Made by a program: the position numbers and the translations under genes. From assembly GCA_964655075.1 (NCBI GenBank), contig CAZZLD010000006.1:21045-85044 (forward strand): a stretch of 64,000 nt of DNA, read 5' to 3'. This DNA comes from an uncultured Candidatus Bathyarchaeia archaeon. GTDB lineage: Archaea > Thermoproteota > Bathyarchaeia > Bathyarchaeales > Bathyarchaeaceae. The notes below the pieces were generated by a model. The model did not search any database and was not told the DNA's origin. It saw only the letters and a program-made list of their open reading frames with translations. The stretch's first letter is position 1; every line of letters begins with the position of its first letter. Below, piece after piece: positions 45,888 to 54,121 of this stretch.

Positions 45888-47399
45888 GTGAAGAGCTATC
45901 TGCCTCCGGAGTACGTTGTAGAAAGAGACGATGAGCGCTGCATCCGATGTAAGGTGTGCGTTAACCAGTGCACTTACGAGACCCATTATTACGATGCTGA
46001 GGATGACGCCGTCTACAGCCGAGACGAAAACTGCACCAACTGCCAACGCTGCGTCGTCTTCTGCCCAACTCAAGCCATAACCATAAGGAAAAACCCTAAT
46101 GCTTATCGAGAGAACGACAACTGGACCCAAGAAGCAATAATGGCGGTTAAGAAACAAGCTGAAACTGGAGGAATAATCCTCACAGGCATGGGCTGCGACA
46201 AACCCTACTTCACCTACTGGAACCGACTTGTCTTGAACGCCAGCCAAGTAACCAACCCCTCCATCGATCCGCTAAGGGAGCCCATGGAACTCAGAACGTA
46301 TCTGGGAGCAAAACCCGACAAGCTTGAGCTAGAGTTGGAAACAGGAGACATCGTACTGAAAACAAAGCTCGCCCCCCAACTTCACCTCGAAACACCCATC
46401 TTGTTCTCCGCCATATCCTACGGCGCAGTAAGCTTCAACGTCCACGAGGCCCTTGCCCGCGCCGCCACCGAGTTCGGCACATACTTCAACACCGGCGAAG
46501 GAGGCTTAGACCCGAGACTGTACGAATATGGAAACCACACCATTGTCCAGGTGGCTTCTGGCCGCTTTGGAGTACACCCCAAATACCTTGACGTTGGAGC
46601 CGCTGTTGAAATCAAGATTGGACAGGGAGCAAAGCCCGGCATAGGCGGGCATCTTCCAGGCGAAAAGGTGGTCGAAGATGTCTCTAGGACGCGGATGATC
46701 CCCACAGGCACTGATGCTCTGTCCCCGGCTCCTCAACATGACATATACTCCATAGAAGACCTCCGCCAACTAATATACGCGCTGAAAGAAGCCACAGACT
46801 ACACTAAACCAGTTTCCGTGAAGATCGCAGCTGTTCACAATTCAGCCGCCATCGCCAGCGGAATGGTCCGAGCGGGAGCCGACATCATAGCCCTAGACGG
46901 CGTCAGAGGAGCCACAGGAGCCGCGCCGAGAATCATCCGAGACAACGTTGGCATACCCATCGAAATGGCCATAGCCTCCGTAGATCAGCGTTTGCGCGAA
47001 GAAGGAATCCGCAACAGAGCCTCCATCATCGCGGCAGGAGGCATAAAGACCAGCGCCGACGTAGTTAAAGCCGTTGCTTTGGGCGCCGACGCTGTTTACA
47101 TCGCCACCGCAGCTTTGGTAGCCATGGGATGCACGGTGTGCCAGAAGTGCTACACTGGAAAGTGTCCTTGGGGCATCGCAACAACCGATCCGTGGATCTC
47201 CAAGAGGATAAATCCAGACATCGCCACAAGGAGGCTAGTTAACCTTCTTCGAGGTTGGAGCTTAGAAATAAAGGAGATGATGGGCGGCATGGGTATCAAC
47301 GCTATCGAGAGCCTCAGGGGAAACCGCGATCAGCTCCGAGGGGTCGGCTTAACGGACACTGAACTGAGAATACTAGGCGTAAAGATGGCAGGAGACTGA
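45888..47399 (+). CDS. Glutamate synthase FMN-binding subunit (GltB domain 2 homolog) with N-terminal 2x[4Fe-4S] ferredoxin module
   Basis: CIRCKVCVNQC and CTNCQRCVVFCP are present. The GOGAT hallmark is KIGQGAKPGIGGHLPG. GGIKTSADVVKAVALGADAV is also present. Confidence 0.9.
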   Translation: MKSYLPPEYVVERDDERCIRCKVCVNQCTYETHYYDAEDDAVYSRDENCTNCQRCVVFCPTQAITIRKNPNAYRENDNWTQEAIMAVKKQAETGGIILTGMGCDKPYFTYWNRLVLNASQVTNPSIDPLREPMELRTYLGAKPDKLELELETGDIVLKTKLAPQLHLETPILFSAISYGAVSFNVHEALARAATEFGTYFNTGEGGLDPRLYEYGNHTIVQVASGRFGVHPKYLDVGAAVEIKIGQGAKPGIGGHLPGEKVVEDVSRTRMIPTGTDALSPAPQHDIYSIEDLRQLIYALKEATDYTKPVSVKIAAVHNSAAIASGMVRAGADIIALDGVRGATGAAPRIIRDNVGIPIEMAIASVDQRLREEGIRNRASIIAAGGIKTSADVVKAVALGADAVYIATAALVAMGCTVCQKCYTGKCPWGIATTDPWISKRINPDIATRRLVNLLRGWSLEIKEMMGGMGINAIESLRGNRDQLRGVGLTDTELRILGVKMAGD

Positions 47400-47403
47400 A
47401 GAA

Positions 47404-48165
47404 ATGAAAGAAGGAAAAACGAGGGACAAACAGGTAGCAAAGATAGATGCTGGAGGGCTCTATTATCGAGACCTAAACGCGCTTATGAGAAGCTTTAATG
47501 GAAACGGCGTCAAAAAAATGGAACTCAGCAACGTCTATGGGCAACGATACATAGGCACTGATTTGGACGGGAACACTGAAATCGAAATCTTCGGCACTCC
47601 AGGAAACGACCTTGGCGCGTTCATGAAGGGGCCAAAAATTATAGTTCACGGAAATGTCCAAGATGGATGTGGCAACACGATGGATCAAGGAGAAATCGTT
47701 GTCTTTGGTCGCGCTGGGGACATAGCGGGGTACTCTATGCGGGGAGGAAAAATCTTCATTCGTGACAGCGCGGGCTATCGAGTCGGAATTCACATGAAAG
47801 AGTATGGAGACAAGAAGCCTTTCTTGGTGATCGGCGGAACCGCTCAAGATTTCCTCGGCGAGTACATGGCTGGAGGCGTGTTAGTTGTGCTCGGCTTGGG
47901 TCTAAAGGATGGAGAGCCGCATAAAGCACGGTATGTGGGCACTGGAATGCACGGCGGAGTTATGTACATCCGAGGCGAAGTGAAGCATTTAGGGAAGGAA
48001 GTCGACAAAGTGAGCTTTGAAAAGGAGGATGAGCGGCTTCTTCGCCAGTTGGTTGATGAGTTTTGCGCCTACTTTGGTTTCAACGCTGACGAGATTATGA
48101 GCCGAGAGTTCACAAAACTTGTTCCTGTTTCGTATCGACCTTACGGGACGCTGTACGCCTACTAG
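47404..48165 (+). CDS. Glutamate synthase GXGXG-repeat subunit (GltB domain 3 homolog)
   Basis: Repeated G-x-G beta-helix motifs are present: GTPGNDLGAFMKGPKIIVHGNVQDGCGNTM, VFGRAGDIAGYSMRGG, IGGTAQDFLGEYMAGG. Confidence 0.85.
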   Translation: MKEGKTRDKQVAKIDAGGLYYRDLNALMRSFNGNGVKKMELSNVYGQRYIGTDLDGNTEIEIFGTPGNDLGAFMKGPKIIVHGNVQDGCGNTMDQGEIVVFGRAGDIAGYSMRGGKIFIRDSAGYRVGIHMKEYGDKKPFLVIGGTAQDFLGEYMAGGVLVVLGLGLKDGEPHKARYVGTGMHGGVMYIRGEVKHLGKEVDKVSFEKEDERLLRQLVDEFCAYFGFNADEIMSREFTKLVPVSYRPYGTLYAY

Positions 48166-48187
48166 GTGAGTTGGCGCATCTCTATTT

Positions 48188-48419
48188 TTCACGACTGTAG
48201 GTAAGACAAAAACAGGTCGGATAGACTTGAAACTAAGTCCCCGTTTTTATCTCCAGCACAGTTCTCGTGAACAGAGTCGCCAAAGGCTCAAGAACATAAT
48301 TTTTACGAGTGTTTCTTATATTTTTTTATTGCAGATTTTCGTGTTTCTCGTTTCGTGTTTGCTCCGAAAATGCTAACGGAAGTTATTAATTCTCCTAGCT
48401 CTATCTCTTTCGTGAACAG
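48188..48419. repeat. TCGTG-core repeat cluster flanking an AT-rich stretch upstream of GINS-MCM (candidate origin-like or operator region)
   Basis: An exact 10-mer TCGTGAACAG occurs at 48265-48274 and 48410-48419. TTCGTGTTT occurs in tandem at 48338-48346 and 48352-48360. An inverted TCGTGAA lies at 48188-48194. An AT-rich tract lies at ~48295-48335. Confidence 0.45.
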
Positions 48420-48441
48420 TCTCGAATCGAGTTGAAGTTTA

Positions 48442-49011
48442 ATGTCATTGGCAAAACCTTTAATGTCTATTGAGGATGCGGATTTTGAGTTTGAAAACTC
48501 TTCGGTTCAAGTCGTCGCGAGCAGAAATTGTCCTGAAATTGAGCTCGCAGGCTTGAAGGTTGGGCCTTTCGAGGAGGGAAGAGAGTACGAGGTGCGTTTT
48601 TGGGTGGCTCAGGAGTTGAAGCAAGCCGGAATCGCCCGTTTCCGAGAGGATGAGCTTCTGGATGCGGTGAGTCTTCATAAAATCCATTGGAAAGAGCGGG
48701 TTCAATCCGTTAAGCGGTTGTCCTCCTTGCCTGAAGATTTTTACGCTAAGTTGCGGCGTTATTTAGCTGGTTTAAAAGCGGAAGCAGCGAAGAGCGCTGA
48801 AAAGATGAGAGAATATGAAAAGTCGGTTAGACTCGCCCACGACATCATAAACTGCAGATTGAAAAAAATTGTTTCCCTCTCCTCGTTTCCAGAAAAAACA
48901 AATCAGTTCCTTCAAGGTCTCGCGATGGAAGAACGCGTCCTTTACGATCGCCTACACCGATTTATCGGCGAGTGGCGGTCCGACATCCTGAAAGGGGGAA
49001 GCGAGCCTTGA
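48442..49011 (+). CDS. GINS subunit, Gins23-like (B-domain-first order)
   Basis: 189 aa. A small beta-rich N-terminal domain is followed by the helical domain LPEDFYAKLRRYL...INCRLKKIV. It sits directly upstream of, and is translationally coupled to, mcm, as in Sulfolobus gins23-mcm. The assignment comes from architecture and context. Confidence 0.65.
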   Translation: MSLAKPLMSIEDADFEFENSSVQVVASRNCPEIELAGLKVGPFEEGREYEVRFWVAQELKQAGIARFREDELLDAVSLHKIHWKERVQSVKRLSSLPEDFYAKLRRYLAGLKAEAAKSAEKMREYEKSVRLAHDIINCRLKKIVSLSSFPEKTNQFLQGLAMEERVLYDRLHRFIGEWRSDILKGGSEP

Positions 49012-51044
49012 CTGAAGTTGAAATTTCTGTTGGAGACCCTCAGGAACGGTTCCAAGACTTTCTGAAGTCAGATAAATACCGTCGAAGATTCTCTCAGATG
49101 GCACTTGCAAACAGCACATCATTAATAGTGGACTTTGAAGACCTCTTAACTGTAGATTCTGCCCTAGCGGAAGCCGTAATAGAAAAGCCCGACGATTATT
49201 TGAGGCACGCCCACAGCGCCGCATACGCCCAACTCAAGATGGAAGAGCCTGAATACGCTGACAGCGTCGAAGAGGTCACGGTTCGAATTAGGGGTCTGCT
49301 TGAAACTGTTCCGCTGCGAACCTTGGGGTCTGAGCACATTGGAAAACTGAAAATGCTTGACGGCATCATAGTGCGTGCTACGCCGGCGAGGCCCTTAGTT
49401 ATACGGGCGGCTTTTCGGTGCAAAAGATGCGGGACCACCAACAGCATTGAACAATCTGGTCCATTCTTGCGGGCACCCTTCGTATGCGAGAACCCCTCTT
49501 GTAGAAGCAAGGGTCCCTTCGACTTTCTTCAAGAACAATCCGAATTCATTGATTCCCAGGAAATCCGCATTCAAGAGCGTCCTGAGGACCTTCCGCCAGG
49601 TCAGCTCCCGCGGTGGATAAACGTTAAGCTCGTTGGAAGGGACATCGTGGGCGTTGCGAGACCGGGCGACTTAGTTTCCGTAGTGGGGGTCGTTCGCGCG
49701 GAGGCTCCAACCTTTCCAAGAGCTGGAAAACTTCGGTTGTTCCTGTTGCATCTCGACGCGAACTTCATAGACATCGCGAGTAAGGAGCATGAGACTGAGG
49801 CCATCTCGCCTGAAGAGGAAAAACAAATTCTTGAACTTGCCAAGGATCCGTGGGTTCACCGCAAGATAACCAGGTCAATAGCGCCTTCCATCTACGGCTA
49901 CGAACACATCAAGGAGTCAATAATGTATCTTCTCTTCGGCGGGGTTGCGAAGTTTCTCCCTGACATCAACATTCGAGGGGACATGAACGTTCTCTTCATA
50001 GGTGATCCTGGAACCGCCAAGTCGCAGTTGCTGCAGTACGTTACGAGGATTGCTCCAAGAGGGTTGTACACTTCCGGTAGGGGAACCACAGCCGCTGGGT
50101 TGACTGCCGCTGTGCTTCGAGCCCAGGAGGGGATGACGCTTGAGGCTGGAGCCCTAGTGTTGGCTGACAAGGGCGTAGCCTGCATAGACGAGATTGATAA
50201 AATGCGTCCTGAAGACCGAGTGGCAATTCACGGGGCCATGGAGCAGCAGGTTGTCTCAGTTGCGAAGGGCGGCATCGTGGCAACCCTTAACGCTCGAACC
50301 TCCATTCTGGCAGCGGCTAACCCCGCCTTGGGAAGATATGATCCGTATCGGACGGTTGCCGAGAACATTTCTCTTCCCGTGACGATTCTTTCGCGGTTTG
50401 ACCTCATTTTCGTGTTGAAGGATGTTCCTGAGCGGGAGGTGGACGAAAAGTTGACGGAGCACATATTGCAGCTTCACAAGACTGGTGCGGTTCCGGTGGA
50501 GCCTCCTATAACGGCGGATCTTCTCCGCAAGTATGTGAGTTACGCTAAAAACGTGAAGCCGACGTTGACCGCTGAGGCTTTGGACCGCTTGAAAGAGTTC
50601 TATTTGGCTATGCGTTCAGCTAGCGAAACTGAGGGGACGCCGATAGCTATAACCGCTCGGCAGCTTGAATCCCTCGTTAGGATGGCTGAGGCTAGGGCGC
50701 GGTCGGCTCTTCGGGACAAGGTTTCGGCTGAGGACGCTGAGGCTTCGATTGCTCTGATGAGGCGGTCGCTTGAGGAGGTTGGAATTGACATTGAATCTCA
50801 GAAGATCGACATCGATGTCATCATGACGGGTAAGCCTAAGAGCCTGCGGGATCGGCTGCATATTGTCCTAGACACTCTTGTTTTAATGGAGAAGGAGACA
50901 GGCATGGTTGAAAAGTCTGAACTCGTGAGTAAGCTCGAGACCGAGCACGGCGTATCACCTGCTGAGGCTGAACGGCTCATAGGACAGCTCGTAAAGGAAG
51001 GAACCCTATACTCGCCGAAAGAAGGCTACCTAAAGAAGACTTAG
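49008..51044 (+). CDS. mcm: Replicative helicase MCM
   Basis: Zinc finger CKRCG...CENPSC, Walker A GDPGTAKSQLL, Walker B ACIDEIDKM, Arg finger SRFDLIF and a C-terminal wH domain are present. I prefer the TTG at 49008, which overlaps the GINS stop (TTGA); the track start is the GTG at 48972. No intein-sized insertion is present. Confidence 0.95.
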   Translation: MTEVEISVGDPQERFQDFLKSDKYRRRFSQMALANSTSLIVDFEDLLTVDSALAEAVIEKPDDYLRHAHSAAYAQLKMEEPEYADSVEEVTVRIRGLLETVPLRTLGSEHIGKLKMLDGIIVRATPARPLVIRAAFRCKRCGTTNSIEQSGPFLRAPFVCENPSCRSKGPFDFLQEQSEFIDSQEIRIQERPEDLPPGQLPRWINVKLVGRDIVGVARPGDLVSVVGVVRAEAPTFPRAGKLRLFLLHLDANFIDIASKEHETEAISPEEEKQILELAKDPWVHRKITRSIAPSIYGYEHIKESIMYLLFGGVAKFLPDINIRGDMNVLFIGDPGTAKSQLLQYVTRIAPRGLYTSGRGTTAAGLTAAVLRAQEGMTLEAGALVLADKGVACIDEIDKMRPEDRVAIHGAMEQQVVSVAKGGIVATLNARTSILAAANPALGRYDPYRTVAENISLPVTILSRFDLIFVLKDVPEREVDEKLTEHILQLHKTGAVPVEPPITADLLRKYVSYAKNVKPTLTAEALDRLKEFYLAMRSASETEGTPIAITARQLESLVRMAEARARSALRDKVSAEDAEASIALMRRSLEEVGIDIESQKIDIDVIMTGKPKSLRDRLHIVLDTLVLMEKETGMVEKSELVSKLETEHGVSPAEAERLIGQLVKEGTLYSPKEGYLKKT

Positions 51045-51112
51045 CTCCATAGACGAGAAGAAACCAAGGACAATTAGAGACAGGTCATAAGGGGAAAGGG
51101 TTATATGTTGTT

Positions 51113-51370
51113 ATGTCGTTACATAGTTATGTGGTGATGGTCTTGGGAAAATATGCGACGATTTCGGTTCCCGTTGCGGTGAAAAGGGTTCTGGCGGAGG
51201 CTAAGGGCGGGGATGAGTGGGGCAGGTTCCTCCTTAGTTTGTATGCTGAGGTTAAGCGGTTAAGGGGTAAGAGGGCGTTCGAGGAGCTGGCAGGCACGCT
51301 TACTGATGAAGACTTTGAGGCTATTATTGAGTCTAGCAGAGAGTTCAGGGAAAGGTTTGCATTTAGATGA
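51113..51370 (+). CDS. vapB: VapB-like antitoxin
   Basis: KYATISVPVAVKRVLAEAKGGDEWGRFLLSL resembles archaeal CopG/VapB-type antitoxins. The gene overlaps the PIN gene by 4 nt (ATGA). The start may be Met-9 at 51137. Confidence 0.65.
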   Translation: MSLHSYVVMVLGKYATISVPVAVKRVLAEAKGGDEWGRFLLSLYAEVKRLRGKRAFEELAGTLTDEDFEAIIESSREFRERFAFR

Positions 51371-51726
51371 ACATGCTCGACACGGACAAAATTTTAGAGT
51401 TGCTGCGGGAGAAAAGATACGAAGTTGGAAGCATCTCAATTGTAACTCTTATCGAAGTTTTGAGGGGACTGGAAGCCAAGAAGAGACCTAAAGTTAAGGC
51501 GTTGCTTGAAGAAAGCTTTGACATACTGGGCATAGACAACAAGGTTATTGAAGCCTACTGCAGCTTGTACCGCATGCTCAGGAAGGAAGGAGTGTCGATA
51601 CCCGATGCTGACCTAATCATAGCTGCAACAGCCATGTCCAATAATGTGGTGCTGAAAACAGGGGACGAGCACTTTGAAAGATTAAGAAAGCTTGGCTTAA
51701 AGCTAGCCCAGGCACCAAAAAAGTAG
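51367..51726 (+). CDS. vapC: PIN-domain toxin VapC
   Basis: 119 aa. The N-terminus is MLDTD (first acidic residue). Downstream are E in TLIEVL, D in IPDADLIIAATA and GDEHF. Confidence 0.8.
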   Translation: MNMLDTDKILELLREKRYEVGSISIVTLIEVLRGLEAKKRPKVKALLEESFDILGIDNKVIEAYCSLYRMLRKEGVSIPDADLIIAATAMSNNVVLKTGDEHFERLRKLGLKLAQAPKK

Positions 51727-51930
51727 ATGTGTGTTTTGCGGAGGATGTGCTCTCGGAGGCACTAGAGAGGGGGGGCTATATATAGGGACATCTGCCTAGT
51801 TTCCCAACCGAGCTTCCATCCTAGCTTATTTGACTAACAATAGACCTTGGCCGTCCACTCCGGTCATGAGCATCTTTACGAATAAGAGTAGATAATTAAA
51901 GATAAAGAAAAAGAGCGCTCGCTTCAATCT

Positions 51931-52476
51931 CTAAAATCTGTAAATTGGCCCTAAAAACAATAATGCCCGTCCTCCTAATCCTAACATATTTAGGTAAAAA
52001 TGCATAAATTGTGTGATTTGTGGAATCGGCATCTCAATGTTTTCTTTGTGAATATTTAGCATGTTAATGATCCATTCTGATTGTTCTCCAATAATTCTCC
52101 ACACCTCCTCAATCTCTTCATTTTTTATTATAGATTTATCGATACCCGTAATTGATTCGAGACGATGTTCTATAGGGCGTGTCATAACGGAGTAATTCGG
52201 AAGCGATTCACGAAAATCTTTAGGTTTTACATCCTTCTTAAGTGCAACCCTGATGTGAAAATATAGATTGTTGTCATCTTTAGTTGTTGGAACTCCACTC
52301 TCTCTATCGTGTACCAAAAAATGATACCAATTTATGGCCTTCCTCTGCTTTAAACCATAAATCATAGGATGTACCTTAGATCGGATTATGTGGATAATTT
52401 GCTGCAAAGATGTCTTTTGAGGTATCCCAATTTTGATGAAAGTTTCCCACATTCGATCTAAATCGGGTTTTTCCAT
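51931..52476 (-). CDS. Hypothetical protein (181 aa)
   Basis: I prefer Met-100 of the track ORF (MEKPDLDRMWETF...). The upstream 99 codons are low-complexity and antisense to a better ORF at 52589-53014. AT-rich, with no family recognised. Confidence 0.5.
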   Translation of the reverse strand: MEKPDLDRMWETFIKIGIPQKTSLQQIIHIIRSKVHPMIYGLKQRKAINWYHFLVHDRESGVPTTKDDNNLYFHIRVALKKDVKPKDFRESLPNYSVMTRPIEHRLESITGIDKSIIKNEEIEEVWRIIGEQSEWIINMLNIHKENIEMPIPQITQFMHFYLNMLGLGGRALLFLGPIYRF

Positions 52477-52588
52477 TCTTATCCCTCTTAAATAAGTTCC
52501 TATTGAGAACAGAAATTTAAAACTACTCTGACATAACCAAAAAAGATTAATGCGGTTGCTTGTTGCTTTTACAGTAGAGTGAACACCC

Positions 52589-53014
52589 TTGAGTGGTTTG
52601 ACAAAACAACAAATGATAAATATTGTAGATGAAAAGAAAGAGGAAATACGTATAGCCGCCGACGAATTATCTGAAGCTATCCATGGTTTAAAAATCGGAG
52701 AATTACTCGATGACGAAAAGACAATTCTTGTAAAGAAAAAACTACGTGAGATAATGTCAAAGCTTAGTTTCATAGGTGGATTTTGCGATCAACATTCAAA
52801 GAATTGGATTATCAAAGTATCAAATATTGTTGCCGCGATGACGGCGTTGTCGCATTATGATTACACATCGGCTATACCTCTAAACTTTTTCGCTACAATG
52901 GCAAGTAGCCAAATAATAGATTTTACCAAAACTCCATTCAGATTTTCGGGCGAGTTCAAGGCTCGGTTTTCTCAATTTGAAGCGAAGGTCAAAGCCGCAA
53001 TGAATAGAAAATGA
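52589..53014 (+). CDS. Hypothetical helical protein (141 aa)
   Basis: TTG start, divergent from 51931-52476. The composition is helical and charged. No family recognised. Confidence 0.45.
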   Translation: MSGLTKQQMINIVDEKKEEIRIAADELSEAIHGLKIGELLDDEKTILVKKKLREIMSKLSFIGGFCDQHSKNWIIKVSNIVAAMTALSHYDYTSAIPLNFFATMASSQIIDFTKTPFRFSGEFKARFSQFEAKVKAAMNRK

Positions 53015-53251
53015 GGTGTATGATTAACTTTATATTTAATTATGTTCTCATACAGTGTAACTCTCGGCGGCGAGGTCAAGCGTGGATAGCTGCCCCACAC
53101 GCATGTGCGCTACATGCGCCCCAGCGGCATCGCTTGCCTCTCACCTTTACCGATTCTATGTTTCTTTATAGACAAACATTCATAGGTATAGGCAATACCT
53201 TTATATATCTTTCGCAAAATATGGGATAAAGAAAATGTGGGGTGCTGAAGA

Positions 53252-53842
53252 TTGGAAGATGCTTTAAGTTTGCTCGAGAACCCTACCTACGTAGAAGTTC
53301 TACTTTGTATTATTAGCGGTAAAAACTACGCCACAGCAATATCAAGAATCTTGAAAAAGAAGCAACCGACAGTTACGGAACAAATCAAGCAATTAGAGAG
53401 AGCAGGGTTAATTAAGCCTCTAAAGAGAAGAAAAGCCCAAAAGTATGAGGTAGACTGGGGTTTGTTGTTAGACGTATTCTATAATGTCGTTAGGGATGTT
53501 ATAAAATTAAGAGAAGAATTCCTTGAAAGCGAAGACTTGAAAGAAATCGAACGAACCAATCTGCAGGAGATAATACCAAAGGCTCTTGTTGAGGGGTTCT
53601 TGAAAGAGTATTTTGATACTCTCAGAGAATTAGGTGGTAAAAGGAAAGGATTCGATGAGATAATCTTTTCATTCTTTAGTGCGATGAATAAATTGGATAA
53701 GTTCAACTGGAAAAGACTTGTTAAGAGCTTCAGAATTGATAAGAAGATTTTAGCAGATATAGCCAATGCATTAGAATTTGAAATTTATGGAATAGAACAA
53801 ACAGCATTAATGACTTATCTGGATCTCTACGGGCGGTCTTGA
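53252..53842 (+). CDS. wHTH (ArsR/MarR-like) DNA-binding protein with helical C-terminal domain
   Basis: TTG start. YVEVLLCIISGKNYATAISRILKKKQPTVTEQIKQLERAGLIKPLKRRKAQKYEVDW is wHTH. Confidence 0.6.
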   Translation: MEDALSLLENPTYVEVLLCIISGKNYATAISRILKKKQPTVTEQIKQLERAGLIKPLKRRKAQKYEVDWGLLLDVFYNVVRDVIKLREEFLESEDLKEIERTNLQEIIPKALVEGFLKEYFDTLRELGGKRKGFDEIIFSFFSAMNKLDKFNWKRLVKSFRIDKKILADIANALEFEIYGIEQTALMTYLDLYGRS

Positions 53843-54121
53843 GGGCAAAACGACACTATCTTTTCAGTTTCCGCTTTTTTCAAGAAACTTGCTTTTCATG
53901 GTTCTCTAAATATTCTCTTAGAGCCTAGGCTTCTTTGGTTTCTGTTTCTAGTAGTAGGTTTATGAGGGTTTTTTGGTCTACTTCTGCTCGGGTTCTCCAG
54001 TCTAGGTATAGTGTCCCCCCTAGTATCGAGAGTATGCAAGGGAGGCAAGAAGAGCTTGACCAAAAACTAGAAATCAAACACCCAAGGACTATTACTCAAA
54101 TCTAGCTAGAAAAGGGCGTAG

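Noticed and set aside
49008-51044. Possible intein in MCM
   Set aside because: The length (~680 aa) and the contiguous Walker A / Walker B / Arg-finger spacing are normal, so there is no intein-sized insertion.
52477-52773. N-terminal 99 codons of track ORF 51931-52773 (minus strand)
   Set aside because: The sequence is low-complexity (SFFFTRIVFSSSSNS...) and antisense to the more protein-like ORF 52589-53014. I use the internal Met at 52476 as the start instead.
53070-53150. GC-rich patch with a 6-bp hairpin (GCATGT-gcgct-ACATGC) inside the AT-rich islet
   Set aside because: I noticed it as a compositional oddity. There is no tRNA-like T-loop or acceptor structure and no repeat partner, so there is too little to call an RNA or an att site.
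53960-54100. ~50-aa minus-strand ORF (TTG start) ending ...LYLDWRTRAEVDQKTLINLLLETETKEA upstream of hel308
   Set aside because: It is short, has no ATG and no motif, and overlaps the putative islet boundary. It could be chance or a fragment, so it is not reported as a feature.
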